From contig JBDHIK010000300.1 in assembly GCA_039587475.1 (NCBI GenBank), positions 39,450 through 103,449 on the forward strand: a stretch of 64,000 nt of DNA. The letters are read 5' to 3'. Numbering within the stretch: position 1 is the first letter of the stretch; each line of letters opens with the position of its first letter. Under the pieces are notes generated by a model. That model was not told where the DNA came from. It worked only from the letters and a program-made list of their open reading frames with translations, and did not search any database. Origin of the DNA: Gemmatimonadota bacterium (GTDB lineage: Bacteria; Gemmatimonadota; Gemmatimonadetes; Gemmatimonadales; GWC2-71-9). Below, piece after piece: positions 19,988 to 28,158 of this stretch. Position numbers and translations under genes: made by a program.

Positions 19988-20445
19988 TCATGTTCGGTCC
20001 CGTGCGTCGCTTTGGCTGGGCCCTGTTCGCTCCAGCCTTGTTCCTGCTGCCCTCCGCCGCCAGCGCCCAGTCGGACGCTGACCGGGCGGGTGTCGAGGCT
20101 GCCGTCCTCGACTACGTCGAGGGGATCTACCTGGTCCAGCCCGAGCGGATCGAACGCAGCGTCCACAAGGACTTGCGGAAGGTCGGTTATTGGCGGCAGG
20201 ACAGTGCGTCGGACTACCAGGAAGCTCCGATGACCTATCAGCAGTTGTACGACCTTGCGGCTCGCTGGAATGCCAATGGTCAGGTCGATCCCGAGACGGC
20301 GCCCAAAGACATCGTCGTGTTCGACGTACTCGACAAGACCGCCGCAGCCAAGCTGACCGCGGCCTGGGGTGTCGACTACTTCCAACTCGGCAAGTACGAT
20401 GGCACATGGATGATCGTCAACGTGCTGTGGCAGAGCGTCGACTAG
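19988..20445 (+). CDS. secreted NTF2-like protein (putative lumazine-binding / DUF4878-like)
   Basis: Signal peptide [27 protein letters not shown]; ~125 aa mature NTF2-fold pattern ...[25 protein letters not shown]...[10 protein letters not shown]. Confidence 0.6.
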
Positions 20446-20563
20446 ACGGCCCGGCAGGTGTTCGCTTCGGGGTGAGCCGGAGGGAGAACCAGGGGATAGT
20501 GGCGGCCGGCTGGGAGCGGGGCTACCTTCGGGACTCGTCCTTCCCCAGACACAGCGCACGCCG

Positions 20564-21265
20564 ATGCCTCACGACTCCGGTCCCGAACCGCCCGAGTGGC
20601 AGCAACCCGACCTCATCCCGCTCGAGGACTATCGGGAATACCCCGTGGCCGACATGCGAACCCGGGCGCTGGAGTTCTATCAGGAGCTGAATCGTCGCCG
20701 TACGGTCCGGGAGTTTTCGTCCCGGGAGGTTCCCCGCGACGTCCTGGAACACTGTCTCCTGGCCGCCGGGACCGCACCATCGGGCGCCCACCGGCAACCC
20801 TGGCGTTTCGTGGTGGTGTCTGACCCCGGACTCAAGAAGCGCATTCGCGAGGCCGCCGAACTCGAGGAACAGGAGTTTTACGAAAGTCGGGCGCCCGAAG
20901 AATGGCTCGAAGCCTTGGCGCCCCTGGGGACCGATGCTCGGAAACCGTTCCTCGAGACTGCGCCGTGCCTGATCGCCATATTCGCCGAACGATTCGGTCT
21001 CAGGCACGACGGCTTTCATGTGCAGAACTACTATGTCAGCGAGTCCGTCGGAATCGCCACGGGCATGCTGATTGCCGCACTCCATCGTGCCGGCCTCGCC
21101 ACCTTGACGCATACGCCCAGTCCCATGGGGTTTCTCAACGAACTTCTGGACCGGCCCAAGAACGAACGCCCCTTTCTCCTTCTGGTCGTGGGGTTCCCCG
21201 ACCCGGAGGCGAAGGTCCCCAACCTCACACGAAAGCCGCTCGACGCCATCGCCGACTTTCGCTGA
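20564..21265 (+). CDS. nitroreductase family protein (iodotyrosine-deiodinase-like)
   Basis: RRTVREFS...[13 protein letters not shown]... FMN-binding nitroreductase motifs. Confidence 0.85.
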   Translation: MPHDSGPEPPEWQQPDLIPLEDYREYPVADMRTRALEFYQELNRRRTVREFSSREVPRDVLEHCLLAAGTAPSGAHRQPWRFVVVSDPGLKKRIREAAELEEQEFYESRAPEEWLEALAPLGTDARKPFLETAPCLIAIFAERFGLRHDGFHVQNYYVSESVGIATGMLIAALHRAGLATLTHTPSPMGFLNELLDRPKNERPFLLLVVGFPDPEAKVPNLTRKPLDAIADFR

Positions 21266-21291
21266 CCCGTTCCCGAACCCCACAGGCGGAC

Positions 21292-21780
21292 ATGAGCACC
21301 ATCACGCTGACGACATCACACGGCGACATCCTCATCGAATTGCATGCCAACGAGGCCCCGGTCACGGTGGAGAACTTCCTGGCCTACGTCGACGCGGGTC
21401 ACTTCGACGGCACCATCTTCCATCGGGTCATCCCCGGCTTCATGGTCCAGGGTGGCGGGTTCGAGGCCAACATGAACCAGAAGGCGACGCGCGACCCCAT
21501 CAAGAACGAGGCGGACAACGGGCTCAAGAACAAGCGAGGAACGTTGTCGATGGCCCGGACATCGGACGTCAACAGTGCCACCAGCCAGTTCTTCATCAAC
21601 CTCACGGACAACGTGTTCCTGGATCATGGATCCAGGGACTTCGGCTATGCCGTGTTCGCCAGTGTGGTGGACGGGATGGACGTGGTGGACGCCATCGCGG
21701 GCGTCGCCACGGGGAACCACGGTGGGCATTCAGACGTCCCGGTCGAACCGGTGAGAATCGAGAAGGCCGTCAGGGCCTGA
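21292..21780 (+). CDS. ppiB: peptidyl-prolyl cis-trans isomerase, cyclophilin type
   Basis: ATG at 21292; [14 protein letters not shown]...GTLSMAR...SQFFIN cyclophilin signatures; the 130 codons upstream in ORF 20902..21780 overlap the nitroreductase gene in another frame. Confidence 0.9.
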   Translation: MSTITLTTSHGDILIELHANEAPVTVENFLAYVDAGHFDGTIFHRVIPGFMVQGGGFEANMNQKATRDPIKNEADNGLKNKRGTLSMARTSDVNSATSQFFINLTDNVFLDHGSRDFGYAVFASVVDGMDVVDAIAGVATGNHGGHSDVPVEPVRIEKAVRA

Positions 21781-23284
21781 GGTCGGTCTCGCCGAATACC
21801 TGCTGCATGATGCGTCTGGCCTGGGGGGGCATCCCGGTGATTTCCACCTCCAGGCCCGCCAGCCGAGCCTCGTTGCTTACCGTCTTCATCGCCAACGCGC
21901 CGGTATAATCGATTCGTCCCAGGCTCGACATGTCGAGGAGCAGCCTGCTGGCGTTTGGGTGGGCCGCCAGTTGGTTCAGAAGCGCCTCTTCCAGGCCGGG
22001 CGCGGAGGCGAAGAACAGGACCCCCATCGGCTCCAGGCGAAGGGTCCCATTCTCCGCGCTGGAGCGGACATCGACGTGCAGCTCGCGCCATACGTGAACC
22101 ATGGTGGCGGCGCCGATCCCCAGAATCACCGCATACTCCACGTGGGGCGCCAGCCACAGGGTGGCGATGGCCGTGGTCCACGCGACGAAAGCCTGCGGCC
22201 GTGATTTCGCCACCAGGCGAACCATGCGCGGGATGGCGATCAGCTGAAGGACCGCGGCGATGACGATGGCCCCGAGGATGGCGCGGGGTAGCGGGGCCAG
22301 GATGCCGGCGAACGGAAGAAACAGCAGCAACGTCAGGCCGGTGATTGCTCCGGCCCACTGAGAACGCGCGCCCGCCAGCCGGCTCACCGATGTCCGGGAG
22401 AACGATCCGCCAACCGGAAAGCCACCCGACAACCCCGAGGCCAGGTTGGCGACCCCCTGTGAGACGAACTCCCGGCTGGGATTCCAACGCTCGCGATCCT
22501 GGGCTGCAAAGGTCCGTGCGATCGCTGCCGGTTCGGCGAAGCCGACCAGCGCGATGATGGCCGCCGGGATGAGGAGGCCGCCGACGGCGGTCCAGGGAAC
22601 GTCGAGCGAGATCGGCGGCAGGCCCGCGGGCAAGCTGCCGACCACCGTGCCGCCGTACCCGGTGATCACGCTGTATCCCATGCCAAGGAGTACCGCCACG
22701 AGCACGCCGGGAAACAGACGGTGCAGCCGCCGGCCTCCCAGAATGGCCAGGACCGTGAACGCCGCCAGCGCGACGGCCGTCGGCTCCCACTCCCCCGGGT
22801 GGGCCAGCGCCCAGACGGCTCGACCGAGGAGCGTCCCGTCCGGCGGTTGGGCGCCGAGCGCGGTGGGGAGTTGCGAGGAGATGATGAGAATCGCGGCGGC
22901 GGTGGTGAAGCCGACGAGTACCGGTTCCGACATGAGGTACGACAGCCAGCCCGCCTTCATGAAGCCCAGGGCCACCCGGATGACTCCGACCAGTATGGCC
23001 AACAGGGCGGCCAGGGCGACATACTCGGAACTGAGCGGGGCGGCCATCGTTCCCAGGGCCCCGAAGGTCAGCAAACTGGTAATGGCGACCGGACCTGTTT
23101 GCAGGTACCGGGAGGAGGCGACGGCCGCGGCGATCAGGGCAGGAAGGGCAGCAGCATACAGCCCGTGCTGGGCCGGCATGCCCGCCAGGTCGGCATAGGC
23201 CACCGCCTGGGGAATCAGGACGGCGGCGACGCTCAGGCCTGCGACGAGGTCCCCGGCTGTGATGCGCACCCACGGTCTCCGCAT
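21770..23284 (-). CDS. SulP family inorganic anion transporter with C-terminal STAS domain
   Basis: 504 aa; N-terminal SulP signature ...[31 protein letters not shown]...; C-terminal STAS (...[20 protein letters not shown]...). Confidence 0.9.
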   Translation of the reverse strand: MRRPWVRITAGDLVAGLSVAAVLIPQAVAYADLAGMPAQHGLYAAALPALIAAAVASSRYLQTGPVAITSLLTFGALGTMAAPLSSEYVALAALLAILVGVIRVALGFMKAGWLSYLMSEPVLVGFTTAAAILIISSQLPTALGAQPPDGTLLGRAVWALAHPGEWEPTAVALAAFTVLAILGGRRLHRLFPGVLVAVLLGMGYSVITGYGGTVVGSLPAGLPPISLDVPWTAVGGLLIPAAIIALVGFAEPAAIARTFAAQDRERWNPSREFVSQGVANLASGLSGGFPVGGSFSRTSVSRLAGARSQWAGAITGLTLLLFLPFAGILAPLPRAILGAIVIAAVLQLIAIPRMVRLVAKSRPQAFVAWTTAIATLWLAPHVEYAVILGIGAATMVHVWRELHVDVRSSAENGTLRLEPMGVLFFASAPGLEEALLNQLAAHPNASRLLLDMSSLGRIDYTGALAMKTVSNEARLAGLEVEITGMPPQARRIMQQVFGETDLRP

Positions 23285-23388
23285 TGAAGTGTTCGGAATG
23301 TAACGCTACCGGCCAAGCACCGAGGCCGGTGCCCGGGTCTCTCCTGCCGCCCTGGCACCGGCCTCGTTCCCGCGTGGGAGCGGTGGCG

Positions 23389-24726
23389 CTAGATCTGCCC
23401 CCGCGTGACGTAGGAGAACTGGGGCTGGATCGAATCCTCGTGCATCGTGTTGGTGACACTGCTGCCCGGAACTGGCCCGGATGGACCGTAGATGGGTCCG
23501 GATCCGCTGTTCTCGAACACGTGGTAGTACCCGACGGTGATCTCGAGATGCCGGGTCGGACGGATCCCCACGCCGAAGGTGGCGTGGTGCTGGACCACGG
23601 CCGGCGCCGGCACGTTGATCATGGACCATTCATCGGGAATCGGGTTCTGGGAGTAGTTGTAGCCGCCGTACAGCGCGAACAGGGACGAGGCATCGAACTT
23701 GAGTCCCGTGGCGATGGAGTAGATGTTCTGCCACGCGAAGCCCGAGACGGATCCGTCAGCATTGAAGGGGCTCGATCCCTGCAGTTCGAAGCCGGGGGTA
23801 CTCTCGTAGAAGTAGTACTTGAAGTCCCCGGTGAGGAGCAGTGACGGAAGAGCCTGCACGCCGATGCCGGCTCCGGCGATGGCAGGGGCGTTCAACTTGA
23901 ACTTGATGGTCCGCGGTTCGCCGAAGTTGGCCAGGTTGGGATTGGCGTGCGTGGAGTTCCATTCGAAGGAGCTGAACCACTGCTCGCTCGCGTAGGAAGC
24001 GCCCAGGGCGATCATGTCGTTGACGTTGTAGAGCAATCCGAGCTGGAAGCCATACCCGAAGGCGCCGTCCGCCGCGCCGGCCTGTGGGAAGTAGGCGGTG
24101 CCACTCCCGGAGTCGAAGTCCGGTGCCGCGACAGGAGCCGGGATGATGGCGAGCTGTGCCCAGTCGATATTGACTGCGGCGCCCAGCCACAGTTTCTCCG
24201 TCGCCTCCCAGGCCACCGACGGCGTCACCTTGAGCAGCGAGTAGTTGCTGTAGACCTGCCCGAAGCCGTTGGGTTGCGGAAACAGAATGGGGTTGGTGCC
24301 GTTGGGTGGATTCTGCTCGGCTGGGTAGTCAACGCCGAAGCCGCCGATCCCCAGGCCGCCCAATCCGAGCACGACGCGTTCGCTCGACAACTTGTAGGTG
24401 GCGCCGAAGGCCGGAATCGGGACCCAGTCACTCACGCTGGTCGTGGAGCCACTGAACGGGCCGGCGCTGCTGGCCACGCTGCGGTCGGCCTTGAAGGCTT
24501 CCATGCTGAATTCCATGCGCGTCCCGTCGAAGGCCATCAGGCCAGCGGGATTCAGGGCAAACGTCCCCAGCAGACTGGCGGGTGCGGCAATGCCCGCGCC
24601 GCCCATCGCGGCGTTGATGGCTCCCACGCCGTGCAGGAAGTGGCCATCCGTGGCCTCGGCCGTGGGCGCGCTCGCCAGCAGCAGCAGGCCGACGAGGCCC
24701 ATGCCTGACAAATGACGACGGATCAT
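23389..24726 (-). CDS. putative outer-membrane beta-barrel transport protein (FadL/TodX/OMPP1-like)
   Basis: Signal peptide MIRRHLSGMGLVGLLLLASAPTAEA; Gly/aromatic-rich alternating beta-strand pattern, N-terminal GVGAINAAMGGAGIA reminiscent of the FadL family; family assignment tentative. Confidence 0.5.
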   Translation of the reverse strand: MIRRHLSGMGLVGLLLLASAPTAEATDGHFLHGVGAINAAMGGAGIAAPASLLGTFALNPAGLMAFDGTRMEFSMEAFKADRSVASSAGPFSGSTTSVSDWVPIPAFGATYKLSSERVVLGLGGLGIGGFGVDYPAEQNPPNGTNPILFPQPNGFGQVYSNYSLLKVTPSVAWEATEKLWLGAAVNIDWAQLAIIPAPVAAPDFDSGSGTAYFPQAGAADGAFGYGFQLGLLYNVNDMIALGASYASEQWFSSFEWNSTHANPNLANFGEPRTIKFKLNAPAIAGAGIGVQALPSLLLTGDFKYYFYESTPGFELQGSSPFNADGSVSGFAWQNIYSIATGLKFDASSLFALYGGYNYSQNPIPDEWSMINVPAPAVVQHHATFGVGIRPTRHLEITVGYYHVFENSGSGPIYGPSGPVPGSSVTNTMHEDSIQPQFSYVTRGQI

Positions 24727-24769
24727 GTTTCCTCCTTGGATTGTATCCATGCGGTGGCCTGGGCCACGT

Positions 24770-25324
24770 TTAGTACAAGCTTTCCTCGACCTTGTCCCGT
24801 ACCTCGTTTTCGATGGACCCCGGCATCCGCATGTTGGCGGCGAATTTCATCTTGCCGGCGTCTTCGAAGTACATCTTCATGCGGAACATGCTGTCGACCA
24901 TGTAGATGGTGATCTCCTCTCCCGTGCGCGTCAGAAGAATCGCGAAGGGGAAGGCTGCGGCGTGGTCGAGACCGGGGCACGTCAGATCGGAGCGCGAGTC
25001 GTCGTTGCCCGCCCCCACGATGGCAAAGGCGCGGCTCTCGATCGGCGCGCCGGTGATCCCGATGAGGGCGACGTTGCGATCTGCGTAGTCGAGCAGGAAG
25101 ACAGGCCGCGTCTCCCACTTGCGATCTCCGCCCTTGGCTGTGAGGGCTTCATAGAGGGCGGTGGCCACCTCCAGCAGGCCGTTGTCGCCTTGAAGCTTCA
25201 CCGAGGCGATCTTCTCGATCTTGTCTTCGAACGGACCACCGGCCACGACACCCATCGTCTTGCTGATGAGACCCCGATCACGCATCTGGCCGTACTGGCG
25301 GTTGGCGAGATGATCCTTGAACAC
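24770..25324 (-). CDS. hypothetical protein (cytoplasmic, no signal peptide)
   Basis: 184-aa ORF with coding-like composition and GC3 bias; no recognisable motif. Confidence 0.45.
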   Translation of the reverse strand: MFKDHLANRQYGQMRDRGLISKTMGVVAGGPFEDKIEKIASVKLQGDNGLLEVATALYEALTAKGGDRKWETRPVFLLDYADRNVALIGITGAPIESRAFAIVGAGNDDSRSDLTCPGLDHAAAFPFAILLTRTGEEITIYMVDSMFRMKMYFEDAGKMKFAANMRMPGSIENEVRDKVEESLY

Positions 25325-25497
25325 CCCTCCGCGGCGTATGAGCGTTCGATGAAGGCCGTTGGAGAGGCCTTCAGAGGGCTGTCACGGCGCCACAATCCGC
25401 GCTATCATGACGGGGAGGACAGACGCACGAGCCCGACACGAATTGGGCAACCAGTTTCGGGGGAACGCGCATGTGCGATCGGGATCCGGGTATACGG

Positions 25498-26541
25498 ATG
25501 GTTCTGGCGACTGCGGTCGCGCTCATGGCTGCGGTGACGTTTGCCGCGCCAACCGTTGCCGCGGCCCAGGGTCAGGCAGGCGCTCACCAGTGGCGATTCC
25601 AATCCCGGGCCCACGTCGACCTGTGGTTCCATGGGCTGGCCGTCGTCGGCTACGAGGGGTTTGGTCTCCTGCCGCTCTACGACCCGGGGTACGCCGATGC
25701 CGTGCGCTCCCTGAAGGAGACCCGCGGCGTCGCACCAACCCCGCTGGACGTCGCCGCTCCCCGGCTCCTGGAGGCGTTCGACCGGGACAGTCTTTTCGAA
25801 GTGCTACACTTCGTCCCTCTCTACTTCGAACATGGGACCGTCGAAAGCGTCCTTGGCGCACTTGACGCCGTGGCCCTGGGGCAGGAGCCTCAGGCGCTCG
25901 GCGCGGAGATCGTCGTGGCCGTGATCACGGGAGATGCACGCCGGCAGGTGTTGGGAGAATTCGTGGCGGCCCTACGTGCCGAGTGGAGCCTGTTCTTCGA
26001 GGCCGTGTGGCAGGAGCAGACGGATGCCCGTCAGGTGCGACTCGAGGAGGCGCAACGGTTCTGGGGCGCTGTGCTGGAGCCGTCGCTGGCACCGTTCCTT
26101 GCGCGACGTGGGCTGGGTGGTGGCGCAGTGTACGCATCCGCCGCTCTCGGTGCGGAAGGCCGGGTCTTCGCCGGTGCGCCGGGCAATCAACTGGACAATC
26201 GGGCGGCGGGAGCCCTTCCGCCGCCTCCGGTGAGTGACGATGTCATGGCGTTCGCGCTGGTTCGGGAGGTGTGCTTTCCGCTCGTGAGCCAGGTGGTGGC
26301 TCGCTCCCGCGCCGGCCACTGGGATCGCGTCGTGGCGGAACGGATGAGCAGCATCGGCGCGGTGCGTTGCGGCGCCGCCTTGCTGGATCGCCATGTCCCC
26401 GACCAGGCCACGCCGTATCGCATGGCGTTCCTGCGGGCCGCGGATGTACCGGAGGCCTCGCCCGAGGATTTTGCTGCGGTCTTCCCGTTGGACCCGAGTG
26501 TCGAGCAGGGAATCGAAGACGCGCTCGATCTCGATGCCTGA
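25498..26541 (+). CDS. hypothetical secreted protein
   Basis: Start at MVLATAVALMAAVTFAAPTVAAAQ signal peptide within ORF 25471..26541; no recognisable domain. Confidence 0.5.
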   Translation: MVLATAVALMAAVTFAAPTVAAAQGQAGAHQWRFQSRAHVDLWFHGLAVVGYEGFGLLPLYDPGYADAVRSLKETRGVAPTPLDVAAPRLLEAFDRDSLFEVLHFVPLYFEHGTVESVLGALDAVALGQEPQALGAEIVVAVITGDARRQVLGEFVAALRAEWSLFFEAVWQEQTDARQVRLEEAQRFWGAVLEPSLAPFLARRGLGGGAVYASAALGAEGRVFAGAPGNQLDNRAAGALPPPPVSDDVMAFALVREVCFPLVSQVVARSRAGHWDRVVAERMSSIGAVRCGAALLDRHVPDQATPYRMAFLRAADVPEASPEDFAAVFPLDPSVEQGIEDALDLDA

Positions 26542-26621
26542 CGCGGGCGGCCGTGCCGGAAGGCCGGGTGCGGCCCCGGTGAACTCGAGCGCCGTGCTTT
26601 GTGAGGAGGGTGCATAACACC

Positions 26622-28148
26622 GTGACGGAGTCCACTGCCTCTACCGTCGCCCAATGGGCCAAGGCCATCGACCACACGCGGTGTATCGGGTGTCACGCAT
26701 GCAGCACCGCCTGCAAGTCCGAGAACGACGTCCCGCTCTCCGTGAACCGTACCTATGTGAAGTACGTCGATGTCGGCGCCTTTCCCCAGGCGCGGCGGGC
26801 CTTCCAGGTCACTCGCTGCAATCAATGCGCCGACCCTCCCTGTGTGGCGGCCTGTCCCACCGCGGCGATGTATCAGCGGGACGACGGGATCGTCGATTTT
26901 GACAAGGCGGCCTGTATTGGATGCAAGGCCTGCATCGCCGCGTGCCCCTACGACGCCATCTTCATCAATCCGGACGACCATTCCGCCGAGAAGTGCAACT
27001 TCTGCGCTCATCGCATCGACATGGGATTGGAACCGGCTTGTGTCGTGGTGTGCCCGACCCAGGCCATCGTGGTCGGCGATCTCCAGGATCCCACGGCACG
27101 GGTTACCCAGTTGGCCCAACGTGAAGCCGTCGCCGTCCGCAGGCCTGAAAAGGAGACCCGGCCCAAGCTGTTCTACCTCGGCGCCCATCACGCCACGCTC
27201 GACCCCATCGCGGCCACCCGTCCGGACGGCGGTCTCTTCATGTGGAGTGAGCAGGCCACCGGACCGCATTCGGTCGTGTCCGGCCACCCGGGGGCGACGA
27301 CCAGTTCCGCTGCTGCGATCTTGTCTTACGACGTGCCGCACAAGGCGCCGTGGGACTGGCGTGTCAGTCTGTACACCTGGACCAAGGGCATCGCCGCGGG
27401 AGCCTACCTGGTCCCACTGCTGCTCGTGGTGCTCGGCGTGCTGGATCCTGCCAGTGCCTTGTGGCACTATGGCGCGCCGGTCATGGGCGGCGCCTTCCTG
27501 GGGTTGACCGGCCTGCTCCTCATCTGGGATCTGGAACACCCCGGCCGCTTCTGGTACATCTTCGCCCGCCCCCAGCTACGGAGTTGGCTCGTTCGTGGCG
27601 GATTCATCATCGGGGGCTACTCGGTTGTGCTTGCCGGGCACTTTGCCGCGGTCCTGGCAGGTGTCGATGGTGCGCTCATGTGGCTGGCCTTCGCAGGCGT
27701 GCCACTGGCAGCTCTCACCGCGATCTATACGGCCTACCTGTTTGCCCAGGCCAAGGGACGGGACTTGTGGCAGAACCCGCTCCTGCCCCCTCAGTTGCTG
27801 GTGCAGACCATCCTGGTCGGGGCCGCGGCGTTCTTGCCCCTGGCGGCTGTATGGGAACCATCCGTCGCGCCGGTGTTGCTCCGTCTCGTGGCCGGTGGCG
27901 CCAGTCTGTATCTCCTGCTGGTCCTGGGCGAGATGACGTTGGCTCACCCGACCGCGCATGCCAAGCTGGCCGCCTGGGAGATGACCTCCGGGCGTTACCG
28001 TCACTATTTCTGGGCCGGGATGGTGCTGCTTGCGGCGGCCGTCACCGCCCCCTGGCTCGGGATCACCGCCGCGCCACTGGCTCTGGCCGGGGTCCTGGCG
28101 CACGAGCACGCCTACGTGCAGGCGGGGCAAGCCGTCCCGCTGGCATGA
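26622..28148 (+). CDS. fusion protein: 4x[4Fe-4S] ferredoxin subunit (PsrB/TtrB/SoeB-like) fused to NrfD/PsrC-type 8-TM quinone-interacting membrane anchor
   Basis: Four Cys clusters (CIGCHACSTAC, CNQCADPPCVAACP, CIGCKACIAACP, CNFC...CVVVCP); C-terminal ~265 aa with ~8 TM helices; SD GAGGAGGG at 26603-26610 then GTG 26622 (ORF-track start is 26601); no Tat/Sec signal. Confidence 0.85.
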   Translation: MTESTASTVAQWAKAIDHTRCIGCHACSTACKSENDVPLSVNRTYVKYVDVGAFPQARRAFQVTRCNQCADPPCVAACPTAAMYQRDDGIVDFDKAACIGCKACIAACPYDAIFINPDDHSAEKCNFCAHRIDMGLEPACVVVCPTQAIVVGDLQDPTARVTQLAQREAVAVRRPEKETRPKLFYLGAHHATLDPIAATRPDGGLFMWSEQATGPHSVVSGHPGATTSSAAAILSYDVPHKAPWDWRVSLYTWTKGIAAGAYLVPLLLVVLGVLDPASALWHYGAPVMGGAFLGLTGLLLIWDLEHPGRFWYIFARPQLRSWLVRGGFIIGGYSVVLAGHFAAVLAGVDGALMWLAFAGVPLAALTAIYTAYLFAQAKGRDLWQNPLLPPQLLVQTILVGAAAFLPLAAVWEPSVAPVLLRLVAGGASLYLLLVLGEMTLAHPTAHAKLAAWEMTSGRYRHYFWAGMVLLAAAVTAPWLGITAAPLALAGVLAHEHAYVQAGQAVPLA

Positions 28149-28158
28149 GGAAACGACC

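Noticed and set aside
21645-23459. 604-aa ORF on - strand
   Set aside because: Same strand but different frame from the SulP transporter; Arg/Pro/Gly-rich; SulP frame has the real motifs
26187-27539. 450-aa ORF on - strand
   Set aside because: Antisense to the FeS-NrfD fusion gene, whose Cys clusters are unambiguous
28030-28158. N-terminal 43 codons of the 1016-aa ORF
   Set aside because: Overlaps the end of the upstream FeS-NrfD gene; a GAGGAA SD precedes ATG 28159
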